Positions 1 to 7,548 of a stretch of 19,813 bases of DNA are shown piece by piece. The position numbers and the translations under genes were made by a program. Numbering within the stretch: position 1 is the stretch's first letter; every line of letters begins with the position of its first letter. Under the pieces are notes generated by a model that made no database searches, was not told the origin of the DNA, and was given only the letters and a program-made list of their open reading frames with translations. The stretch covers positions 1-19,813 of the forward strand of contig JAZQAZ010000043.1 of assembly GCA_045545475.1 (NCBI GenBank). Direction: 5' to 3'. The DNA comes from Clostridia bacterium. GTDB taxonomy: Bacteria; Bacillota; Clostridia; CAKSNL01; HGM11501.

Positions 1-19
1 TTGTTTTTCTCATGCACCA

Positions 20-123
20 CAAAATTCTCGATTTTGAGTGCAGGACACGGAAAAAAGCCGAAGGAATCCTTGACGGATTGCAAGGCTTTTTGACACAGTA
101 ATGTGCCAAAATCGTGGATTTTG
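20..123. repeat. Long imperfect palindromic intergenic element (REP/MITE-like or structured RNA)
   Basis: Nested inverted repeats: CAAAATTCTCGATTTTG (20-36) / CAAAATCGTGGATTTTG (107-123), AAAAAGCC (52-59) / GGCTTTTT (84-91), AATCC (65-69) / GGATT (75-79). It may extend left of the window. Confidence 0.55.
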
Positions 124-137
124 GGCGATTTATCCCT

Positions 138-171
138 AAGAGGTACCGCCGTTCGGAGGTACTTCTTTTTT
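138..171 (+). terminator. Intrinsic terminator for a + strand transcript entering from the left; may also act weakly for the convergent - strand gene
   Basis: Hairpin AAGAGGTACC-GCCGTTCGGA-GGTACTTCTT running into a T-run (166-171). It lies 15 nt from the stop codon of the - strand gene at 187. Confidence 0.75.
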
Positions 172-186
172 GATGTGAATTCAAGC

Positions 187-2385
187 TTATGCATCTTTTC
201 TTAAATCGTTGTTGGATAACTCCGTGACAGGAACCAGATTGTGATGAAGCCTTGCCAGGTCGTTACGTTTTTCCGAGTAGGAATAGCCTTCTGTACGCAT
301 GTATGCATTCCATCTTACATGCTCAATCTTGCCAATTTCAACTTTATCTTGCAAGGTCATATCTTCCCATGCTTTATCGGTGATTTCGGATTTATATTTG
401 AGATTTTTTCTTAAACGTTTATGAATAGCTTTTGCAATGGAAGAGCGATAATTGTATTCAAATCTGAAACTTTCTGTCGCTTTCTTTTTCTCATTTTTCT
501 CGATCTCGGTCCACAGTTTTTCGATTTCGGGATCGGTAATAAGATTATTGAACTTCGCATAAACCAGCTTTTCCCATTTGTCAATTCTTTCCGTTGCAGT
601 ATTCTTAAGTTTAAGAAATTCTTCTTCGGTTACACCGTTGTTTACTGCCTTTTCCTCTTTTATAGTCATAAAGGAAAAATCGCTTTTGGATTCAGGGAAT
701 TTTAACGCCTTTTTGCCGTCTTTGACAAGAAGAGCGAAATATATATCCCATGATTCCTTGAGGCCTTCAGATGCTATAAATTCATTCCATTCATCTTCCA
801 TGGTATCTTCTGCAAAAGAAACTTTTTTATAGTCGACACAGTAGTCGGTGTGGCTGGCAAATCCGTCTGCAACCAAGTCTGAATTTATTACGGTTTCTTC
901 AGAATAGAAGGTGTCAAGGTCGCCTGTCATCAAAATGTTATAAGGCTGTTTTTTGTAATTTGCGGCACCAAGCTTTTCTTTGCCTGAATTTTCTATATTA
1001 TCCCAGGTTATGCCAAGGCTTTTTCTTACATTTGAATCGTATATAATTGTCTCAATGTCGGGTTTTCTGCCGTCTCCCGAATAGTTGATACGCTCACATA
1101 TAGTCCTTATTTCGGTGGAGGCACTTAAATTGGCTTCATCATTTCCGAGACATACAAAAATGTAGGTGGCATCGTCTATTTTTGAAAGCAATTCCTCGAA
1201 TTGCGGAACGGCAACATCAACTCCCGAATGAATGGTTATTTCATAATAAGGCTCCCCGAAGATGAATTTTTTGTTGTATTTCTCACTCATGAGTTCGGGG
1301 CACATGGCTTTTAATTTTTCTTCGGCTTTTTCGTCTGCATCAAAAGCGTTGATTTTGAGCTTATAATCTTCAAGCTGACAAAACCATGTGAGTGCTTTAA
1401 GCATTTCCTGTCCGTATTTGCCGAGACCTATAATGACTGCGGAAATCACGTCTTTTTCGCCGTCGGTTTTACGTGCTCTTTTAAAGAGATTGATGCCGTT
1501 TTTATCAAGATTGTGATAGATGAGAGACTGAACATCGTTCACCCTAGTTAAACTCATGTTTTTAACATTGTTTTTTGCCAGAATAAGTTCTGTTCTGATA
1601 TCGTCTGAGAAAATCCAAAGGCCGACACCTTCATAATCGTAGTTTTCTATTATGCTTTCAGCATGGCGTATCTTTTCAGACTCGTCATCGGAAATTAAAT
1701 AAAAATTTACTTTTCGGCAGGAGTTGGCACGCTTGAAGTGAACAGATTCCAAGTCCTTTCGGAATAAAATAGCACCAATTTCCTTCGCTTCCTCAATTAA
1801 GTCAAGGCTAAGTTCTTCTTTTTTGTCTATAATATCGGTAAAGACAAAAAGACTTCTAGGAATGAATTTTAAAAACGGATTGCTTTTTTTATGTAATGAT
1901 TTTGCAAGAGCCAGGGATTTTTCGTTCAATTCCGAAAAAACATGTGTTTCCGTCCAGAAGCAGCCTTTGTATTTAAGATATGAAAAAAAGTTTTTGAAAA
2001 ATGTAAGGATGAAGCCGAAGGTGAGAAGAGGGGCAACTGCATAAAGAACAGCACCGAAGGAAATATAAAGTTCCTCTATTTCGGCAGGATAATTTTCCGT
2101 TGCAATAAACTCGGTAAATTCACCGTCCAAACCGAAAATTCTGAATGAATGTTGAAAAGAGGATAAAATTGCAGGAAACACGTCAAGGCCCTTCAGCAAA
2201 TACAGCGGAATAAAGTATGCAAAGGCAGAAATGAATATTCCGACAAAGGAAACTTTGCCGGGAGTGAAAATCGTGGTTCTTTTATTGTGATTGAAAAATT
2301 TAAGTGCCAACAGTGCCAGTAAGGTTAAAATCAGAAAGTATAAAAATACACCCCACCTGCTGTTTAAAAAACTACACCAATCCAT
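187..2385 (-). CDS. Membrane protein: N-terminal TM/pore-like region, RCK/TrkA-N-like Rossmann domain(s) and C-terminal bacterial RyR (ryanodine receptor repeat) domain; 732 aa
   Basis: Hydrophobic helices in the first ~130 aa; AVIIGLGKYG Rossmann motif; C-terminal EHVRWNAYMRTEGYSY...RNDLARLHHNLVPVTEL...RKD, typical of the RyR domain. Start moved from 2418 to ATG 2385 because GGAGG precedes it. Confidence 0.75.
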   Translation of the reverse strand: MDWCSFLNSRWGVFLYFLILTLLALLALKFFNHNKRTTIFTPGKVSFVGIFISAFAYFIPLYLLKGLDVFPAILSSFQHSFRIFGLDGEFTEFIATENYPAEIEELYISFGAVLYAVAPLLTFGFILTFFKNFFSYLKYKGCFWTETHVFSELNEKSLALAKSLHKKSNPFLKFIPRSLFVFTDIIDKKEELSLDLIEEAKEIGAILFRKDLESVHFKRANSCRKVNFYLISDDESEKIRHAESIIENYDYEGVGLWIFSDDIRTELILAKNNVKNMSLTRVNDVQSLIYHNLDKNGINLFKRARKTDGEKDVISAVIIGLGKYGQEMLKALTWFCQLEDYKLKINAFDADEKAEEKLKAMCPELMSEKYNKKFIFGEPYYEITIHSGVDVAVPQFEELLSKIDDATYIFVCLGNDEANLSASTEIRTICERINYSGDGRKPDIETIIYDSNVRKSLGITWDNIENSGKEKLGAANYKKQPYNILMTGDLDTFYSEETVINSDLVADGFASHTDYCVDYKKVSFAEDTMEDEWNEFIASEGLKESWDIYFALLVKDGKKALKFPESKSDFSFMTIKEEKAVNNGVTEEEFLKLKNTATERIDKWEKLVYAKFNNLITDPEIEKLWTEIEKNEKKKATESFRFEYNYRSSIAKAIHKRLRKNLKYKSEITDKAWEDMTLQDKVEIGKIEHVRWNAYMRTEGYSYSEKRNDLARLHHNLVPVTELSNNDLRKDA

Positions 2386-2424
2386 AAAAATTCCCTCCGT
2401 GAAATACCAAATATTCATATGGAC

Positions 2425-2453
2425 ATTATAACATCATATCAGAGGAATGTAAA
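2425..2453 (-). promoter_or_regulatory. Sigma-A promoter of the RyR-domain gene
   Basis: On the - strand: TTTACA-17 nt-TATAAT with extended -10 (TGtTATAAT). Confidence 0.7.
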
Positions 2454-2480
2454 TAAGCAAATTAATGCTTGGGTTTTCTG

Positions 2481-2519
2481 AAAAACAAAAAACCGGCAGA
2501 CTCCTCGTTCTGTCGGTTT
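2481..2519 (-). terminator. Intrinsic terminator after the DUF378 gene / mgtE transcript
   Basis: On the - strand: AAACCGACAGA-loop-TCTGCCGGTTT (one mismatch) followed by TTTGTTTTT, 7 nt after the stop codon. Confidence 0.75.
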
Positions 2520-2526
2520 GATGCTT

Positions 2527-2751
2527 TCAGTCTAGTGGTTTGTCGTCGGATATAACCCCACGCTCTTTGAACAGAAGGGTAATACACCAGATGCCTGCAA
2601 GTCCCACAAGGGAATAAATAATTCTGCTGAGTAAAGCCATCTGGCCACCGAAAAGAGTGGCTACAAGATCGACTCCGAAAAGACCGATAGAACCCCAGTT
2701 TACGGCACCTACAATAACCAGCACCAATGCAATTATGTCCGCTATCATCAT
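2527..2751 (-). CDS. DUF378 family small membrane protein (YuzA-like), 74 aa
   Basis: Signature LVIVGAVNWG.IGLFG.DLVA.LFG...SRIIYSLVGLAG. AAGGAGTG RBS favours ATG at 2751 over GTG at 2760. Confidence 0.9.
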   Translation of the reverse strand: MMIADIIALVLVIVGAVNWGSIGLFGVDLVATLFGGQMALLSRIIYSLVGLAGIWCITLLFKERGVISDDKPLD

Positions 2752-2773
2752 ATTAATCACTCCTTACAGAGTT

Positions 2774-2803
2774 AAGTATAGCCGTTCTGCGGACAAATTA
2801 TGC
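2774..2803 (-). promoter_or_regulatory. Candidate forespore sigma-F/sigma-G type promoter for the DUF378 gene
   Basis: On the - strand: GCATA-15 nt-GGCTATACTT, matching the GYATA-N15-GGnnAnAHT pattern, in the short gap between mgtE and DUF378. Confidence 0.55.
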
Positions 2804-2804
2804 A

Positions 2805-4184
2805 TTATACATTAAAAATTATTTGAGCAACATTGAAATAAATTAAAAGGGAAAGTGAATCGACGATTGTAGTAATGAAGGGAGAGGCCATAATCGCAGG
2901 GTCAAAACCCAGTTTCTTAGCACCTATGGGAAGGAGACAGCCTATGGATTTTGCGAAAATTACCGTGATGAAAAGGCTGATACTTACGGCAAGAGCCATA
3001 TCAATAACCTGATTAAGGGCAAATTCGCCTCCGCCGAAATAATATTTCATAATGAAAATTCTTATAAAATTAACTAATGAAAGGGCAATTCCGCAAAGCA
3101 GGGAAATTCTTATTTCCTTAAACCAGGCTTTAAGAACATCAATTCCCTTAAGTTCGCCGAGAGCAAGACAGCGGATAATTAGAATTGAGGTCTGAGAACC
3201 GCAGTTACCGCCTGTGTTCATCAGCATGGGGATAAAGCCTATGAGGAATCCCAGGGACGACAGCTTGGCCTCAAAAGAATCGATAATTGCTCCTGTGATA
3301 GCCGCAGAAAGCATAAGTATCATAAGCCAGGGGATGCGGTTTGCAAAATGACGGAATACACCTGTTTTAAGGTAGGAATCCTCGGAGGGTGTAACCGCTG
3401 CCATAATTTCAAAGTCTTCCGTTACTTCTTCTTCAATAACTGTTACAGCATCGTCAACCGTGATGATACCGACAATTCTGTTTTCCGTATCAACCACGGG
3501 CATGGCAAGCAGACCGTACTTTGTAAACATTGCGGCAACTTCTTCCTTGTCATCGCCGGTGTGACAAAACACAACTCTTTCGTCCATAATGTCGCCGATT
3601 AAGGTATCTTCGCTTGCAAGGATGATGTCTTTAAGTGACAGTGTACCAAGCAAAACTCTGTCACGCTCTGTTACATAAAAGGAGGAAATATCCTCCACCG
3701 AATCGCCGAAACGTCTTATGTGCACAAGTGCACCCTTAACGGTCATTTCCTTTTTGAGGTCAATAAATTCGGTGTTCATTAAGCTTCCCGCCGAATCCTC
3801 CGGATAGCGGAGAAGCTGATTTATTGCCTTGCGGGTTTCGGAGTCGGTGTGCTTTAGGATTCTGCTCACCATATTGGCGGGCATTTCTTCAAGCAAATCC
3901 ACCGTGTCGTCGACAAAAAGCTCGTTTAAAATATTGTGAAGCTCCCTGTCGGTGATTGCGGAAATTACACTTTCCTGTAAATCCGAATCCATGGAGGCGA
4001 AAACCTCCGCTGCCGGCTCCTTTGGGATAATGCGGAAAATTTTAACCGCATCTTCTTCCTTCAATTCTGCGAGAATTTCTGCAATATCAACCTCGTTATA
4101 CTCTTTTAAAATTTCCTTTATTTCCGAAATTTTTCTTTCCGCAAGAAGAGAGGACAAGGTTTCAATGATTTCTGTTTCAAACAT
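2805..4184 (-). CDS. mgtE: Magnesium transporter MgtE, 459 aa
   Basis: MgtE N domain, YPEDSAGSLM, CBS pair (GIITVDD), RIPWL, GGNCGSQ, DPAIMASPFITTIVD. Start ATG 4184 follows GAAAGGCGG. Confidence 0.97.
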   Translation of the reverse strand: MFETEIIETLSSLLAERKISEIKEILKEYNEVDIAEILAELKEEDAVKIFRIIPKEPAAEVFASMDSDLQESVISAITDRELHNILNELFVDDTVDLLEEMPANMVSRILKHTDSETRKAINQLLRYPEDSAGSLMNTEFIDLKKEMTVKGALVHIRRFGDSVEDISSFYVTERDRVLLGTLSLKDIILASEDTLIGDIMDERVVFCHTGDDKEEVAAMFTKYGLLAMPVVDTENRIVGIITVDDAVTVIEEEVTEDFEIMAAVTPSEDSYLKTGVFRHFANRIPWLMILMLSAAITGAIIDSFEAKLSSLGFLIGFIPMLMNTGGNCGSQTSILIIRCLALGELKGIDVLKAWFKEIRISLLCGIALSLVNFIRIFIMKYYFGGGEFALNQVIDMALAVSISLFITVIFAKSIGCLLPIGAKKLGFDPAIMASPFITTIVDSLSLLIYFNVAQIIFNV

Positions 4185-4211
4185 AAAAAAACCGCCTTTC
4201 CGCACAGGCGA
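4185..4211 (-). terminator. Leader hairpin plus U7 overlapping the mgtE RBS (attenuator terminator or RBS sequestrator)
   Basis: On the - strand: TCGCCT-GTGCGGAA-AGGCGG-TTTTTTT-ATG. The 3' arm is the mgtE Shine-Dalgarno. Confidence 0.6.
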
Positions 4212-4236
4212 AAAAGCGTAACGAAAGACAGGCAGC

Positions 4237-4317
4237 CTAAAATCTGCCGTTTCCGGACGCTAGCCGACCGTACGATATTTTGATAAAAATGCATAATCGA
4301 CTACTGTCCGCGTCCAT
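4237..4317 (-). CDS. Putative mgtE leader peptide (uORF), 26 aa MDADSSRLCIFIKISYGRLASGNGRF
   Basis: GGAGGTG RBS (4323-4329) lies 5 nt before ATG 4317, just downstream of the promoter. TAG is at 4237-4239. Not in the ORF track. Confidence 0.7.
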   Translation of the reverse strand: MDADSSRLCIFIKISYGRLASGNGRF

Positions 4318-4345
4318 GAAAACACCTCCGTCTTTTATTAATTTC

Positions 4346-4374
4346 ATTATAGCACTCATGATTTGATTAGTCAA
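4346..4374 (-). promoter_or_regulatory. Sigma-A promoter of the uORF-mgtE transcript
   Basis: On the - strand: TTGACT-17 nt-TATAAT with extended -10 (TGcTATAAT). Confidence 0.85.
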
Positions 4375-4419
4375 TAATGATATTTTACACAAAAATAGCG
4401 GAAAATATGCTTGTTTTAC

Positions 4420-4448
4420 TTGACTAAAACGCTATTTTAATATAAAAT
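4420..4448 (+). promoter_or_regulatory. Sigma-A promoter of the obgE operon
   Basis: TTGACT-17 nt-TAAAAT upstream of the GAGAGGAG RBS. Confidence 0.7.
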
Positions 4449-4486
4449 AATATAGATATAGTATATTTTTGAGAGGAGCGCTTAAC

Positions 4487-5758
4487 GTGTTCGCAGATAA
4501 GGCGGAAATTTTAATAAAAGCAGGTAACGGCGGAAACGGCCTTGTGTCTTTCAGACGTGAAATTTATGTGCCTGCCGGCGGACCCGACGGCGGTGACGGC
4601 GGCAAGGGCGGCGACATTGTTTTTGTAATTGACCCCGAGGTTAATACTTTGGCGGATTTCAAATTTAAAAGAAAATATTTTGCAGAAAACGGTGAGGACG
4701 GAAGGGCAAAAAAGTGTTTCGGTAAAAGCGGTGCGGATCTTTTAATCGGCGTTCCCGAAGGAACACTCATCCGTGATAAGGAAACCGGAAAAGTGCTTGC
4801 CGATATGACGGGCGAAAATAAGAGAGTTGTTGTGGCAAAGGGCGGTAACGGAGGATTCGGAAATCAGCATTTTGCAACCCCCGTGCGCCAGGCACCTCAG
4901 TTTGCGAAAAGCGGAATAAAAACCAAGGAACAAACCGTAACGTTGGAACTTAAAATGATAGCAGACGTTGGCCTTGTGGGCTTCCCGAATGTGGGAAAGA
5001 GCACAATTTTATCCTGCGTCACCAAAGCACAGCCTAAAATTGCCAACTATCACTTTACCACACTTCAGCCCAATTTAGGAGTTGTGTTCATGGGCGAGGG
5101 AAGAAGCTTTGTGCTGGCCGACATTCCCGGTATTATCGAGGGTGCATCAGAAGGTCTCGGTCTGGGTCACGACTTTTTACGCCACATTGAAAGAACGAGA
5201 ATAATAATTCACGTTGTGGACGTGTCGGGAAGCGAAGGCAGAAATCCCATCGAGGATTTTGAAAAGATAAACGAAGAACTTTTGGCATATAATTCAAATC
5301 TTGCCGCACTTCCTCAGGTTGTGGCGGCCAATAAATCGGATATTGTGTATGACGAGGAAATGAAGGATGAGTTTCTTAACTACCTGAAGGAGCGTGACAT
5401 TCCCTGCTTCTTAATTTCTGCGGCAACGCATCAGGGATTAACGCCGCTTCTTAACTATGTGGAAAGTCAGCTTAAAACTCTGCCTCCCGTACCTGTGTTT
5501 GAATCGGAAATTGCCTACGATCTTGAAACGGAGACCTCCGATGAGTTTGAAATTACTTTTGAGAACGGAGTATATTTTGTGGACGGTCCCTTTGTTGAAA
5601 GGCTGGTTGGCAGCGTAAACTTTGAAAACGACGAATCCGTGGCATATTTCCAGAGAACCCTCCGTAAGCGTGGCATAATTGATGCTTTGGTTGAAGCAGG
5701 ATGCCGTGAGGGTGACACGGTTTGCGTAATTGATATTGAATTTGAGTATAAGGACTGA
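4487..5758 (+). CDS. obgE: GTPase ObgE/CgtA, 423 aa
   Basis: Gly-rich Obg fold (GGPDGGDGGKGG), G1 GFPNVGKS, YHFTT, DIPG, NKSD, and C-terminal OCT domain. GTG start at 4487 follows GAGAGGAG. Confidence 0.98.
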   Translation: MFADKAEILIKAGNGGNGLVSFRREIYVPAGGPDGGDGGKGGDIVFVIDPEVNTLADFKFKRKYFAENGEDGRAKKCFGKSGADLLIGVPEGTLIRDKETGKVLADMTGENKRVVVAKGGNGGFGNQHFATPVRQAPQFAKSGIKTKEQTVTLELKMIADVGLVGFPNVGKSTILSCVTKAQPKIANYHFTTLQPNLGVVFMGEGRSFVLADIPGIIEGASEGLGLGHDFLRHIERTRIIIHVVDVSGSEGRNPIEDFEKINEELLAYNSNLAALPQVVAANKSDIVYDEEMKDEFLNYLKERDIPCFLISAATHQGLTPLLNYVESQLKTLPPVPVFESEIAYDLETETSDEFEITFENGVYFVDGPFVERLVGSVNFENDESVAYFQRTLRKRGIIDALVEAGCREGDTVCVIDIEFEYKD

Positions 5759-5763
5759 TTTTT

Positions 5764-6057
5764 TTGTTAACAAGTAAAGAAAGAGCCTATTTAAGAGGCG
5801 AAGCAAATAAGCTACAGGCGAATTATCAGATTGGTAAAGGCGGAATAACAGATGCTCTTTGCAAAAGCTTATCGGAAGCATTGGAAGCAAACGAGCTAAT
5901 CAAGATAAAAATTCTTGAAAACGCAGACCTTCCCACAAAAAGTGCGGCGGTAACAGTTGCGGCAGCAACGGCTTCCAACATCGTTCAGTGTATAGGTCGT
6001 GTGTTTGTGCTCTTCCGTGCCCACAGGGAAAAGGAAAAGAGGAAATATCTTAAATGA
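5764..6057 (+). CDS. yhbY: YhbY/CRM-domain RNA-binding protein
   Basis: MLTSKERAYLR..A..L...QIGKGG...ELIKIKIL...VQCIGR.FVLFR; usual position next to obg and nadD. Confidence 0.93.
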   Translation: MLTSKERAYLRGEANKLQANYQIGKGGITDALCKSLSEALEANELIKIKILENADLPTKSAAVTVAAATASNIVQCIGRVFVLFRAHREKEKRKYLK

Positions 6058-7181
6058 GGAAAATTGCTCTTTTCGGCGGAAGCTTTGACCCGATTCATAC
6101 AGGGCATGTTGAAATTGCAAAAACAGCAATTTCAAGACTTTCCCTCGACGAGGTTATTTTCATCCCGTCTGGGATAAGTCCGCATAAGGTCGGACTTACA
6201 GCATCCAATGAGGACCGCTATAATATGGTGTGCCTTGCACTGGAGGGTGAAGAAAAGCTTTCTGTTTCAGATTTTGAAATAAAAAAAGAAACCAAATGCT
6301 ACAGCTTTGAAACTGTAGAGGAATTTAAGAAGCGTTATCCTTACGATGAGCTTTACTTCATAATCGGTGATGACCAGTATGAAAAGTTTACCACTTGGTA
6401 TAAGTGGGAAGAACTTCTTTCTATGTGTCATTTCGTTGTTTTTACAAGGGACGGAGGAGAAATTAAACCTCCTTTTAAGGAAATAAAAATTCCGCCCATT
6501 GAAATTTCTTCCACCGAAATACGGGAAAAGATTAAAAACGGTGAAGATGTAGGGTCTGAGGTTTCAGAAAAGGTGCTGTCCTATATAAAAGAAAAAGGGC
6601 TTTACGGGGCAAGGTACGGTGCAATAATTAAAAAGCTCAAGGGAACACTGAAAGAATCAAGGTTTCGCCACACACTTGGCGTTGCCGATACTGCCGCAAC
6701 CCTTGCAAAGCATTACGGGACGGATGCCGATAAGGCGTATCTTGCGGGATTACTTCACGACTCGGCCAAGAACTTTACGGATGATGAGCTTTTTGCCCTT
6801 TGCGATAAGTATAAAATCCGCTTGTCGGAAAATGATAAAAAAGCCCCTCAGATAATTCACTCCTATGTGGGTGCGGCAATCGCAAAAGAGGAATACGGCG
6901 TAGAGGATAAAGAGATATTAGATGCAATATATAACCACTCGACGGGATGCGAGGATATGACGTTGCTTTCAAAGATTATCTTTGTTTCCGATATGACGGA
7001 GCCGGGGCGTAAGGATTTCCCGGGGCTTTCGGAAATAAGGAAGCTTATGTATGAGGACATCGATAAGGCGCTTGTCGCTTCGATGGATGCAACTATTTCA
7101 TATACAAAAATGAAGGGCTCCTTCATACATCCCGATACCCTTAAGGCAAGAGACTATGTTTTAGCGAAAGGAAAAAATTAA
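6054..7181 (+). CDS. nadD: Fusion of nicotinate-nucleotide adenylyltransferase NadD with YqeK HD-domain Ap4A hydrolase
   Basis: N-half has GGSFDPIHTGH, FIIGDD and ISSTEIR. C-half has RFRHTLGV, AGLLHD, H..VGA, HSTG and D..EPGR. One continuous frame. Confidence 0.93.
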   Translation: MRKIALFGGSFDPIHTGHVEIAKTAISRLSLDEVIFIPSGISPHKVGLTASNEDRYNMVCLALEGEEKLSVSDFEIKKETKCYSFETVEEFKKRYPYDELYFIIGDDQYEKFTTWYKWEELLSMCHFVVFTRDGGEIKPPFKEIKIPPIEISSTEIREKIKNGEDVGSEVSEKVLSYIKEKGLYGARYGAIIKKLKGTLKESRFRHTLGVADTAATLAKHYGTDADKAYLAGLLHDSAKNFTDDELFALCDKYKIRLSENDKKAPQIIHSYVGAAIAKEEYGVEDKEILDAIYNHSTGCEDMTLLSKIIFVSDMTEPGRKDFPGLSEIRKLMYEDIDKALVASMDATISYTKMKGSFIHPDTLKARDYVLAKGKN

Positions 7182-7519
7182 TGGAAACCAAGGAAAAAAC
7201 AGCTTTAATAAAAAGCATACTTGAGGATAAAAAAGGAATTGACGTAACAGTACTTGACCTTACGAATATTTCAAGTGTAACCGACGCTTTCGTAATTGCA
7301 TCGGGTACATCAAATCCTCACATAAAGGCTCTTTCGGATTATGTGGAAGAGGGACTGGGCGAAAAGGGAATAGATCCCTTACGTGTTGAAGGCTATGACA
7401 GTGCCAAGTGGATTCTTCTTGACTATGGAGATGTTTTAGTTCATATATTCAGCGAGGAAGCAAGACAGTTTTATTCGTTGGAATGGCTCTGGGCGGATGC
7501 TCCTAAAGACGAAAATTAA
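7181..7519 (+). CDS. rsfS: Ribosome silencing factor RsfS (Iojap)
   Basis: DKKG.D...LD, D.FVIASG.S..H, EG....WILLDYGDVLVHIF...R.FY.LE.LW. Confidence 0.96.
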   Translation: METKEKTALIKSILEDKKGIDVTVLDLTNISSVTDAFVIASGTSNPHIKALSDYVEEGLGEKGIDPLRVEGYDSAKWILLDYGDVLVHIFSEEARQFYSLEWLWADAPKDEN

Positions 7520-7548
7520 TAAAGCAACATCAGAAAGGATGAATTAAT

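Noticed and set aside
4185-4340. M-box (ykoK) Mg2+ riboswitch upstream of mgtE
   Set aside because: Expected from context, but I cannot find its conserved segments (e.g. GTTAGGTGAGGCT). The ~155-nt leader is occupied by an RBS and uORF instead.
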